Source: Dehalococcoidia bacterium
GTDB lineage: Bacteria > Chloroflexota > Dehalococcoidia > Plut-88900
Assembly (NCBI GenBank): GCA_965197585.1
Contig: OZ240215.1
Coordinates: 3,008,001 to 3,072,000 of the forward strand
DNA length: 64,000 nucleotides
Direction: 5' to 3'
Shown piece after piece: positions 41,359-49,986 of this stretch (position 1 is the first letter of the stretch; the number at the start of each line of letters is the position of its first letter). Under the pieces are notes generated by a model. It ran no database searches, was not told the DNA's origin, and was given only the letters and a program-made list of their open reading frames with translations. A program made the translations under genes and the position numbers.

Positions 41359-42702
41359 ATGCCTAGAATCGATTTCAGAAACGACCTTAATATTCTGGAG
41401 GGAGGCCTCCTCATTATGGCCAATATGGTCGAAGAGGCCGTAGACCGGGCCCTTGAAGCCCTCGCCAAGCGGGACCTGGAAGCCTCAGCCCAGGTCGTCC
41501 GCGACGACGACCAGATCGATGACATGCAGATTGATATCGAGGAAAAATGTATTGAGCTCATTGCCACCCAGCAGCCAATGGCAGGCGACCTCAGGGCCCT
41601 GGTAACGGTTTTAAGCGTCGTCAGCGACCTCGAGCGTATGGGGGACTACGCCGAGGGGATCGGCAAGATCAGCCTCCTCATGGGCGACGAGCCTCCCATA
41701 AAACCTCTCATAGACATCCCCCTGATGGCCGAGAAGGCCAAGAAGATGCTTCGGGGCAGCCTCGAGGCCCTGGTGAACCGAGACGTGGAGCTCGCGGCCC
41801 AGGTCAGCGTTGATGATGATGAGGTCGACTCCCTCTACGATCAGGTGTACCGCGAGCTTCTCACCTACATGATCCAGGACCCCAAGAACGTACAGCGGGC
41901 CACCTACCTCCTGTGGGTCGCCCACGATCTGGAAAGGCTCGCCGACCGTGCAACCAACATCGCCGAGCGGGTCATCTACCTGGTAACCGGCAAGCAGGTT
42001 ACCGTAGAAGTCTCGCCTTCGACGGTCAGGGTCAGGGAGCAGCAAGGAAAAATCAGGAGGCAGACAATGGCCAGATCGCCGTCCGTCCCCGGCGCCTACG
42101 AAAAGTTCTACGAGCTGCTCCAGAGCGAGGCGGCCAACCTCAAGATCACCGCCCAGGCCCTCGCCGAGATGATGGACGACTTTACGTCCGTCGAAGAGAA
42201 GGCTCTGAAGATCCGTGACCTGGAGCACACCGGGGATGAGATCATCCACAGCATCATGCGCCTTCTGCACGGCACCTTCGTCACGCCCCTCGACAGGCAG
42301 GACATCCAGAACCTGGCCGAGCGGCTGGACGACGTGGTAGACCACATCGAAGAGGCCGCAAGGGACATGCAGGAGTTCAAGATCGACGCACCCACGCCCC
42401 AGGCCGCCGAGGTTGCCCACGTCCTCCAACAAGCGGGTATAGAGTTGGAGAAGGCCATCGGCTGGCTGCCCTCCATGAGAAGCCACAAGGATGACATCCT
42501 GGAGCTGTGCCGCAGCATCAGCACCCTCGAAGAGGAGGCCGACCGGGTCGGGCGGGAGGCCCTGATAGAGCTGTTCAACGATGGCCGGTCCTTCAACGAC
42601 GTGATGAAGTGGCGCGAGGTCTACCAACACCTGGAAGATGCGGCCGATAGCTGCCAGGGCGCGGCCATAGTCCTCGAAGGCATTGTCCTGGAGTACGCCT
42701 AG
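41359..42702 (+). CDS. phoU: PhoU fused in frame to a DUF47 (PhoU-like) domain
   Basis: QQPMAGDLR, LERMGD, LERLADRATNIAE; then LEHTGD, TFVTPLDRQDI, LEEEAD, LEDAAD; internal AGGAGG and ATG at 42067. Confidence 0.9.
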   Translation: MPRIDFRNDLNILEGGLLIMANMVEEAVDRALEALAKRDLEASAQVVRDDDQIDDMQIDIEEKCIELIATQQPMAGDLRALVTVLSVVSDLERMGDYAEGIGKISLLMGDEPPIKPLIDIPLMAEKAKKMLRGSLEALVNRDVELAAQVSVDDDEVDSLYDQVYRELLTYMIQDPKNVQRATYLLWVAHDLERLADRATNIAERVIYLVTGKQVTVEVSPSTVRVREQQGKIRRQTMARSPSVPGAYEKFYELLQSEAANLKITAQALAEMMDDFTSVEEKALKIRDLEHTGDEIIHSIMRLLHGTFVTPLDRQDIQNLAERLDDVVDHIEEAARDMQEFKIDAPTPQAAEVAHVLQQAGIELEKAIGWLPSMRSHKDDILELCRSISTLEEEADRVGREALIELFNDGRSFNDVMKWREVYQHLEDAADSCQGAAIVLEGIVLEYA

Positions 42703-42728
42703 GCAGCCCCGACCCTTAGGCGGTCTCC

Positions 42729-43406
42729 TTGCAAAGCTCTCTTCCCAAGCGCTGCCTCGCCGAGATCATCGGCACGTTCGGCTTGGTGTTCGCCACGGCC
42801 GGCGCAAACGTCGTCGACGAGCTATCCGATGGCCGTATCACGCACCTGGGGGTGGGTATAGTCTCGGGGCTGATCATCACCGTGATGATCTATGCCGTGG
42901 GGCATATTTCGGGAGCGCATTTCAACCCCGCCGTCACCCTGGGCTTTGCCGTGGGCCGGCACTTCCCCATAAAAGAAGTCCCCATCTACTGGGGGTCACA
43001 ACTGCTGGGGGCCGTCGGCGGCGCCTTCAGCCTCGGGGCACTGTTCGGCGAAGTTGGGATCATGGGCGGGACCGTGCCCCGAGGCTCGACCCTGGAGTCC
43101 TTCGGCTTCGAAATACCCCTTACCTTTATCCTCATGTTCGTCATCATGGCCGTCGCCACCGACTCTCGGGCCAAGGGGCCGCACGCTGCCCTCGCCATCG
43201 GCGCGGCGGTTGCCCTCAACTCGATATTCGGGGGCCCGATATCTGGTGCGTCGATGAACCCGGCCCGGTCCTTCGGGCCTGCGCTTGCGGCGTGGAACTG
43301 GGGAGACCACTGGATTTACTGGGTCGCGCCGCCGATAGGGGCTGCGATAGCGGCGTTGGCTTATGGCGTGGTGAGGGGGGATGGGGGAGAGGAGAGGAAG
43401 CTATAA
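42729..43406 (+). CDS. MIP/aquaporin family channel
   Basis: ISGAHFNPAVT and SGASMNPARSFGP (two NPA motifs). Confidence 0.95.
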   Translation: MQSSLPKRCLAEIIGTFGLVFATAGANVVDELSDGRITHLGVGIVSGLIITVMIYAVGHISGAHFNPAVTLGFAVGRHFPIKEVPIYWGSQLLGAVGGAFSLGALFGEVGIMGGTVPRGSTLESFGFEIPLTFILMFVIMAVATDSRAKGPHAALAIGAAVALNSIFGGPISGASMNPARSFGPALAAWNWGDHWIYWVAPPIGAAIAALAYGVVRGDGGEERKL

Positions 43407-43413
43407 TGGCTTC

Positions 43414-43638
43414 ATGGGGGGACAGGCGACCAGTTCGAAAGAGTTAAGGGCGGAATTCGCAATGTTCCGCAGTGAGGTAAGGTCGGGCTTCGCCGATGTC
43501 GGAGCGGAGTTCGCTAAGACTCGTTGCGAAATGCACATGCTCTACGTGAGGACCGTCAAATGGTTTATTGGCACCGCGGTGGTAGGCACGGTTATAGGGG
43601 TGGGTGGCTTCACGGCTATATTAAGGTTTCTCGGGTGA
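43414..43638 (+). CDS. Small coiled-coil protein with C-terminal TM anchor (DUF1640-like)
   Basis: ELRAEFAMFRSEVRSGF heptads, then KWFIG...ILRFLG; TATAAT 6 nt before the ATG (leaderless layout). Confidence 0.6.
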   Translation: MGGQATSSKELRAEFAMFRSEVRSGFADVGAEFAKTRCEMHMLYVRTVKWFIGTAVVGTVIGVGGFTAILRFLG

Positions 43639-43671
43639 CGCGGGAGGGTTAGCGAAGTATTTTCAGGGTCT

Positions 43672-43786
43672 ATGAACCCGGCCCGGTCCTTCGGCCCCGC
43701 GCTGGCCGCCTGGAACTGGTGAGATCACTGGATCTACTGGGTGGCGCCGCCGATCGGGGCTGCGTTGGCTTATGGCGTGGTGAGGG
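43672..43786 (+). pseudogene. Duplicated, decayed 3' end of the aquaporin gene
   Basis: Matches 43254-43377 with mostly third-position changes, a GGA>TGA change and a 9-nt deletion. Confidence 0.85.
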
Positions 43787-43829
43787 AGAGAGACGATCTC
43801 TCAACTCCGGCCGGTTCCTAAACTGAGCG

Positions 43830-45029
43830 TCAGAATGGCAGAGGACTATCCAAGACACATTCAAATTCTAATGCTCTGCCGAAATGATTAGCGATTGCCT
43901 TCTCGACTGCTTCCCTGCCACGAGGGTCCTCCGACACCTCCTGCATGCTATTGAGGTGAAAGGGGTGGCGAAAGGGTAGGATTAGTTTTTCGGGGTCTCG
44001 CTGAATCCAAACATCAATAGGCCGGCAGTCTTTGAGTAACGAACCCAGATTGAACTCATTGACCTTTACGGTTCTTAGCTCATCTAAAACCCCTAACCAC
44101 TTGTCGGCAATGCTGGCGTGAGGAGCCCCTTCCAAGGGCGATATCGGAGTTGACGAGTCTTGGCGAGCCGGCTGGGGAGGAACTGTTACGGGTGTTATAT
44201 AGGCGTCAGTGACACGAGCTTCCAACGCCCGGAACCCCTCAAGCAATTCAGCTATGGCTCCCATTATCTCTTCGGTGCTCTGTGGCGTCTCCTGCTGGCG
44301 CACATCTGGCTTGAGTGCATTGATTATCGTCTCGACACGACCAGCAACCTCCTCGGCAACCTGTCCTTGTGCAGAGGTTAGGATATCCATCACAGGCACC
44401 AACTCATTTGACAACAGTTGCCTGAAGACCTGCCCTAGTTTTTCCGTTAAGTCTTCGGTGGCTTGCACCCTAGGGGCTCCTTGTTCAACTCGTTGCGCAA
44501 CCGTCTCAGCGATTTGTTGCACTTCCTCTGGGCTGACGCCCGTAACCTGTACGCTAGGGATAGTCTGTAAGTCAGGTTTACCAACCATGATTGTCTCTAC
44601 TTCGGCTGCCTCTTTGCCATCTCCGACATACCGCAGAACATATACTATTCGGTCAAGCGCAGCGGTGGCCCGCTTGGGGTTGATGTCCCTTTTTGGTGGG
44701 TGCGCCACCAAGTTTCTAACCTCCGATATTGCATCAAGTTCATTGAGTATTTTGTTGTCAGCAAATGCGGAGGCGAATGCCTCATTCCAAGACCGTTCGA
44801 TGATCGACCTAAACCAAGTAATGTCAAAAGCAGTTTCTATGTCATCTCTTTCATACCGTGTCTTGTGGAATCTCTTTTGTGCTTCTTCCCTCAAAGATGC
44901 GGATATAGCGCTCTCGGCAGAAATCCCGTTTTCTTGAAACTGTCGCATAATAAACGCGCGCATGGTGTCCCGATAGATGTTAAGTGCTCTGTACACCTTG
45001 TCCTGGTACGGGCGGTTGATAATCGCCAT
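43830..45029 (-). CDS. Swt1-family HEPN domain protein with coiled-coil and DnaX C-terminal-like domain
   Basis: ALNIYRDTMRAFI, DITWFRSII...W...F, HEPN motif RNLVAH; C-terminal W...FNLGSLLKDC...FRHPFH...AVEKAI. Confidence 0.75.
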   Translation of the reverse strand: MAIINRPYQDKVYRALNIYRDTMRAFIMRQFQENGISAESAISASLREEAQKRFHKTRYERDDIETAFDITWFRSIIERSWNEAFASAFADNKILNELDAISEVRNLVAHPPKRDINPKRATAALDRIVYVLRYVGDGKEAAEVETIMVGKPDLQTIPSVQVTGVSPEEVQQIAETVAQRVEQGAPRVQATEDLTEKLGQVFRQLLSNELVPVMDILTSAQGQVAEEVAGRVETIINALKPDVRQQETPQSTEEIMGAIAELLEGFRALEARVTDAYITPVTVPPQPARQDSSTPISPLEGAPHASIADKWLGVLDELRTVKVNEFNLGSLLKDCRPIDVWIQRDPEKLILPFRHPFHLNSMQEVSEDPRGREAVEKAIANHFGRALEFECVLDSPLPF

Positions 45030-45166
45030 TTCGGACTCTCTCCAATAATCTGCTTCGCTTCATCCGAGTATAGCATCGCGTTGGGAAGCGCAGATCGCCA
45101 TTGGACACCGACCCCCGTGAAACCTAGAATAGAGGGCAATCCAACCAGGACACGGAGGCTGAAAAC

Positions 45167-45610
45167 ATGGCTAACGAACCTCAAGTCCACGCTATCAACG
45201 TTTCCAAGAGCCACTTTGGGGACATGGAGTCCCAGGCTATTGCCAAGGTCATCGAGGACCTGGGCATCGAGGGCGACCGCTACGCCATCAAGCGCGGCAT
45301 GAACAGAGCCAAGCGCCAGGTGCTCCTGATGGACAAGGAGACCCTCGAGATACTCGGGCTGACCCCCGGCACAGTGCGGGAGAACATCACCACCCGGGAT
45401 ATGGACATCTACTCGCTGACGCCGGGGCAGAAGGTCCGCATCGGGGCCGAGGTCGAGCTTGAGATCACCGAGCTCTGCAACCCCTGCGAGCGCATGGACG
45501 AGATCCGGCAGGGCCTCAGGGAAGAGCTGGAAGGGCGTCGGGGAATGCTCACCCGCGTCGCCAAGGGTGGGGATATAGCTGTTGGGGATACGATTTCGGT
45601 GGTTGGGTAA
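45167..45610 (+). CDS. MOSC domain protein
   Basis: GIEGDRY, RQVLL, RENITT, CNPCERMD, GDIAVGD. Confidence 0.92.
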   Translation: MANEPQVHAINVSKSHFGDMESQAIAKVIEDLGIEGDRYAIKRGMNRAKRQVLLMDKETLEILGLTPGTVRENITTRDMDIYSLTPGQKVRIGAEVELEITELCNPCERMDEIRQGLREELEGRRGMLTRVAKGGDIAVGDTISVVG

Positions 45611-45625
45611 TCTAATCACCCTCAC

Positions 45626-46902
45626 TGTACGACCGGGGACATGGGTAACAGTTAGACCGAGGACATAGGTAACACTTTGACTGGGGTTTTGTCGACCCTT
45701 CTGGTGGGGTCATCAAGGAGCCCGATGATGAGGGGCCCGAACTGTATGGACCAGGTTCGTTCGTCTATCTGGACCAGGCCGATGGGTTCGCCCCTGAGGG
45801 ACTCGCTCACGTAGAGCATATCTCCCTTCCACTTGATCTGTCCGTTGCTGCGGACACTACGTACGGTGACACCGGCGTGGTACTCGGGCGAGCTGATACG
45901 TGTGGGATAGGGTCTGATTGAGGGCGTGTACAGCCGGCTTGGTGGATGCCGACCCAGGGCCTCATGTGGCCTCTCGAAGTTGTAGGTGTGCCTGAAGCGT
46001 TCTAGGGCTCGCCGTTGTCGTCTCCAGTTGGCCTTTGGAGGCGAAGCGGCCTCGGCCTTGAGGGTTCGGTGAAGGCGCTCGATGCGTCCATTCTGTTCGG
46101 GGTGACCGGGCTCGATGCGTTCGGGTACGATCCCCAGCTTGACCCACCATGCGGATAGTGGCGAGAGGCTGCCCAGACCCACACCGGCGAAGGGTGGACC
46201 ATTGTCGGTGCGTATGGCCCGAGGGGTGCCGTACTCTCGGAAGGTTCTCTCCAGAGAGCGCTTGACTTCCGGGCCGGCAGGGCAGTCGAGAGGGTCGCAT
46301 ACCAGTAAGTAGCGGGACATGGCGTCCTGGGCTGTCAGGGGGTCTATCCGCATTCCGTCATCCGTGCGGAACCAGCCCTTCAGGTCGATGGCCCACAAGT
46401 CATTGGGGCGCCGGGCATGGGCGAAGGGCTCACCCCAGCGTGTAGCCCTGCGTCGCCGCTTGCGCCGCCTCACCAGACCCACACGGTCCAGTATGGCGCC
46501 TGCAGTGCTGGAGGACGGCCAGGGCACGTAGGGCTCGATGGAATGCAACCAGGCGACGATCTTCTTCGGGCCCCATGTGGGGTGGGTGCGCTTCGCCTCG
46601 ACGATACGCTCAGCCACCTTTGTGGGAGTGGCGTTGGGATGGCTGTGAGGAGCCCGGCTTAGGTCAAGTAGACCGTCATCACCATACGCCTCGTATCGGC
46701 CGATTATCTTGTAGCCGGTCTTGCGGCTGATCCCGGACTGGCGGCACAGCTCAGCGACAGTCTCCTCTCCCGCAGTGTGACGCTCGATAAACTGCAACCG
46801 CTCCGATTCTATGCTCGTGTCTTTCCAAGGCAACACATCTTCCTCCTCTGAGATTGCCTAATACAATCCCACGATGTGTTACCTTTCTGCCCGGTCTGTA
46901 CC
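45626..46902 (-). mobile_element. IS481-family insertion sequence
   Basis: Imperfect IRs tgtacgaccggggacatgggtaaca (45626) and tgttacctttctgcccggtctgtac (46877-46901); internal repeat gaccgaggacataggtaaca at 45655. Confidence 0.88.
45652..46836 (-). CDS. IS481-family DDE transposase
   Basis: MPW...ISRKTGYK HTH, WGPKKI, WAIDLKG, IRTDNG, PEQNGRIER, YNFERPH. Confidence 0.95.
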   Translation of the reverse strand: MLPWKDTSIESERLQFIERHTAGEETVAELCRQSGISRKTGYKIIGRYEAYGDDGLLDLSRAPHSHPNATPTKVAERIVEAKRTHPTWGPKKIVAWLHSIEPYVPWPSSSTAGAILDRVGLVRRRKRRRRATRWGEPFAHARRPNDLWAIDLKGWFRTDDGMRIDPLTAQDAMSRYLLVCDPLDCPAGPEVKRSLERTFREYGTPRAIRTDNGPPFAGVGLGSLSPLSAWWVKLGIVPERIEPGHPEQNGRIERLHRTLKAEAASPPKANWRRQRRALERFRHTYNFERPHEALGRHPPSRLYTPSIRPYPTRISSPEYHAGVTVRSVRSNGQIKWKGDMLYVSESLRGEPIGLVQIDERTWSIQFGPLIIGLLDDPTRRVDKTPVKVLPMSSV

Positions 46903-46904
46903 CC

Positions 46905-46988
46905 CCCAGTCCCCTCTCCCATCGAGGGAGAGGGGATATGGCCATACCCCACCCATCTCTGGATTCCCGCTCGGAGGCGGGAATGACG
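46905..46988. repeat. Two REP-like palindromes
   Basis: cccctctcccatcgagggagagggg and ctggattcccgc...gcgggaatgac. Confidence 0.75.
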
Positions 46989-46995
46989 GTTTAGG

Positions 46996-49899
46996 CTAGG
47001 TGATTTTCTCCAGGGGTGCGTAGCTCTGGAGCAGTTTCTTGATGCCGTGGGTGCCTTTGAAGGCTACGGTGACCATCTGGTCGTCCCCCGACGCCGCACA
47101 CGAGACGACTATCCCTTCCCCAAACGTGCCGTGCCTGACCCGGTCTCCGGCTGAGAACTCACCCTCTTTGGCCACCCTGGGCTTCGGAGGTGACCACCAC
47201 AGGTCGTCGGCGCGGGTCTGGTAGCCCTGGGGAGTCTTCGAGAAGTTGGCAGTGAGACCCTTGGGAATGGCTTCCAGGAACCGGGAGGGGGGATTGACGT
47301 TGCTGGAGCCCATCATGTTCCTGCGAAAGGCCCTCAGCAGGTAGAGCCGCTGTTTGGCCCGAGTCATGCCCACGTAGCACAGCCGACGCTCCTCTTCCAT
47401 CTGGTCGGGGTCGTCGATGGAGCGGCGGTGGGGAAGCAGACCTTCCTCCATCCCGACCAGGAACACCACCGGATATTCGAGCCCCTTGGCCTGGTGGAGG
47501 GTGATCAGGGTCACGGCGTTGGCCTTGCCGTCAAGCTCGTCGGTGTCCGATACCAGGGCCACGCCATCCAGCAGGTCGGTCAGGCTCTCGCCGGGTTCCA
47601 GGCCACGGTACTCTGCGGCGACGGACCGCAGCTCCATGATGTTTTCCCAGCGGTCCTCTCCGCGGTCCTCGGAGTCGAGCAGGAAGTCCTTGTAGCCCGT
47701 CCTTTCCGCCACCATGCTGATGAGATGGACCACGTCGCCCCCCTTGCCCACTTCCAGCAGCTCGTCGAGCATTACCAGGAAGCTGGTCAGCGAGCGTCGG
47801 GTCCCGCTGCCGAAGGGTGGCTCGGGCACATTGCCATTCCCCTCCGAGTTGTGCGCCAGCAGTTGAAGCGCGGTGTAGGGCGGCATGCCCAGCTGCTGCG
47901 CCCACATCATCAACCCGTCCACCGTCTTCTGCCCGATGCCCCGTTTAGGCACGTTGATAACCCGGCGCAGGCTGACGGAGTCATAGGGGTTGTGAACCAA
48001 CCGCAGGTAGGCGACGATGTCTTTCACCTCCCGCCGTTGGTAGAAGCGGGTGCCGCCCACGAGCCGGTACGGGATGCCGTATCTCATGAAGGACTCCTCC
48101 AGCGACCGGGACTGGGCGTTGGTGCGGTACATCACCGCCATGTCTCCGAGGCCGTGATCGTTGTCCCTCATCAGGCGCTCGATCTCCTTGGCTACGGTCT
48201 GGGCCTCGTCCTGCTCGTTGTAGGCCTCCGACATGGTGATGGGGACGCCCTGCCCGTTGTCGGTCCAGAGGTTCTTCTCCTTACGCTGCTGGTTGGCGGC
48301 GATGACGTTGTGGGCAGACTCCAGGATGGTCTGCGTCGAGCGGTAATTTTGCTCCAGGTAGATCACCTTGGCCTTGGGGAAGTCCTTTTCGAAGCTGAGG
48401 ATGTTGCGGATGTCGGCGTGGCGCCATGAGTAGATCGACTGGTCCGGGTCGCCGACCACGCAGATGTTGCCGTGCTGGCTCGCTATCTGCTTTGCCAGCC
48501 TGTACTGCACGACGTTGGTGTCCTGGAACTCGTCGATCAGCAGGTAGCGGTAGCGGTTGGCGTACTTTTCAAGGGTGTCGGGGGAGCGATCGAAGAGCTG
48601 GACGGCCTTTAGGAGCAGGTCGTCGAAGTCTACGCCGTTGTTCTCTTCGAGGATGGCCTGGTAGCGCTGGAAGACCCGGCCCACGACCTCGTCGAAATAG
48701 CTGTGGACGTGGAGTCGGTGGTCCTGTGCATCGATCATCTGGCTCTTGGAAGCGGAGATGGCCGAGCTTATGCCCCGGGGCGGAAAGTTCCGGGAGTCGA
48801 TATTCAGGTCCTGCATGGCGTCCTTGATGATGGAGGCCTTGTCGTCCTCGTCGTAGATGACGAGGTTCCTGTCGAGCCCGATTGGCTCGCCGCTGGTTCG
48901 CAAAATCCGGACGCAGATGGCGTGGAAAGTGCCGAGGGTGAGCCGCTCGGTGTCCTCACCCACGAGATCGAACACCCGCTCCCGCATCTCTCTGGAGGCC
49001 TTGTTGGTGAAGGTCACGGCCATCATCCTGCTCGGGTACACGCCGACCACCCTCATCAAGTAGGCGATGCGGGTGGTGATGACTCGGGTCTTGCCGCTTC
49101 CCGGCCCGGCAAGGATGAGCAGAGGGCCGTCGATGGTCTCGACGGCTTCTCTCTGGGGCGGGTTGAGGCCTTCAAGGAGGGAGTCTTGTATTGTGGGGAT
49201 CGATGGGATGAAGGTAGGAAGGTTCGGAGTTGGCATCACCTTCTTGACCTGCTTCATTTTCTTCTGTCTAGCTGCCTGCGCTTTTTTATTGAGGTCATCT
49301 AGGTAGTCGTCATCGAAGCTGCAAACCGGAGGGTCGTCGCAATAAAATGGCTCAAAGGGCTCTAGCAGCCAATCCTTGAGACGACCTATTAGTTTGTCGA
49401 CAGTGACATTTGCGTCTTCGGGGCCGACTTGGATTTCAATGGAGGGGCAGCGTTCCCTCCGCATGTCTGCGACGTACTCCTCGTCCTTGCTATTGGCGTA
49501 GCGTATTTCGAGTGCTAGCCGCTGACCTTCAGTGTTCTGCCATAGCACATCCACGCGTCGAGACCCAACAAGTTGTTCAATCTTGCCGTCGGACACTTCC
49601 ATCGTGATCGAGGTGTCGCACCATTTAGGCAAATCCACGCACCCACGCACGCTTGCTAGCAGGTCTTTGGCGAGTGCGTGAATAGCAGTTTCTAAGCAAT
49701 TCTCCGCATTTGCCTTTGAGTTTGGTAAATGCGCGAAGTATGCACGCTTACGGCCATCCCTCGCCGCCCGCCGGTGTTCAAGACGCTCAGTGCATCCTAA
49801 GCATGTGACGTTGGCTCGTCGGCCTACGCCGTCCTGAGTATCGTCTGGCGTTAGCCGACCTCGTGTGGGATGATCTGCGTAGGGTATAGCTAAAGACAC
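46996..49899 (-). CDS. pcrA: UvrD/PcrA helicase with an N-terminal CoiA-like Zn-finger/PD-(D/E)XK domain
   Basis: AGPGSGKT, IDEFQD, VGDPDQSIY, TLHQAKGLE, EERRLCYVGMTRA, C-terminal Tudor (GDRVRHGTFGEG); N-terminal CLGC, YFAH, ETAIH, RRVDV, LALEI. Confidence 0.9.
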   Translation of the reverse strand: MSLAIPYADHPTRGRLTPDDTQDGVGRRANVTCLGCTERLEHRRAARDGRKRAYFAHLPNSKANAENCLETAIHALAKDLLASVRGCVDLPKWCDTSITMEVSDGKIEQLVGSRRVDVLWQNTEGQRLALEIRYANSKDEEYVADMRRERCPSIEIQVGPEDANVTVDKLIGRLKDWLLEPFEPFYCDDPPVCSFDDDYLDDLNKKAQAARQKKMKQVKKVMPTPNLPTFIPSIPTIQDSLLEGLNPPQREAVETIDGPLLILAGPGSGKTRVITTRIAYLMRVVGVYPSRMMAVTFTNKASREMRERVFDLVGEDTERLTLGTFHAICVRILRTSGEPIGLDRNLVIYDEDDKASIIKDAMQDLNIDSRNFPPRGISSAISASKSQMIDAQDHRLHVHSYFDEVVGRVFQRYQAILEENNGVDFDDLLLKAVQLFDRSPDTLEKYANRYRYLLIDEFQDTNVVQYRLAKQIASQHGNICVVGDPDQSIYSWRHADIRNILSFEKDFPKAKVIYLEQNYRSTQTILESAHNVIAANQQRKEKNLWTDNGQGVPITMSEAYNEQDEAQTVAKEIERLMRDNDHGLGDMAVMYRTNAQSRSLEESFMRYGIPYRLVGGTRFYQRREVKDIVAYLRLVHNPYDSVSLRRVINVPKRGIGQKTVDGLMMWAQQLGMPPYTALQLLAHNSEGNGNVPEPPFGSGTRRSLTSFLVMLDELLEVGKGGDVVHLISMVAERTGYKDFLLDSEDRGEDRWENIMELRSVAAEYRGLEPGESLTDLLDGVALVSDTDELDGKANAVTLITLHQAKGLEYPVVFLVGMEEGLLPHRRSIDDPDQMEEERRLCYVGMTRAKQRLYLLRAFRRNMMGSSNVNPPSRFLEAIPKGLTANFSKTPQGYQTRADDLWWSPPKPRVAKEGEFSAGDRVRHGTFGEGIVVSCAASGDDQMVTVAFKGTHGIKKLLQSYAPLEKIT

Positions 49900-49986
49900 T
49901 AACTGTTCTCTGGTTCTTTTTCTTGTCTAGTCACGGGTTGATTATAGCAAGGGGGTCGGGGGGGATGGGTGTGGTAGGGTGGGGGG

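Noticed and set aside
43254-43786. Aquaporin duplicate as a DGR template/variable repeat pair
   Set aside because: Mismatches are mostly synonymous and involve all bases; no reverse transcriptase in the window
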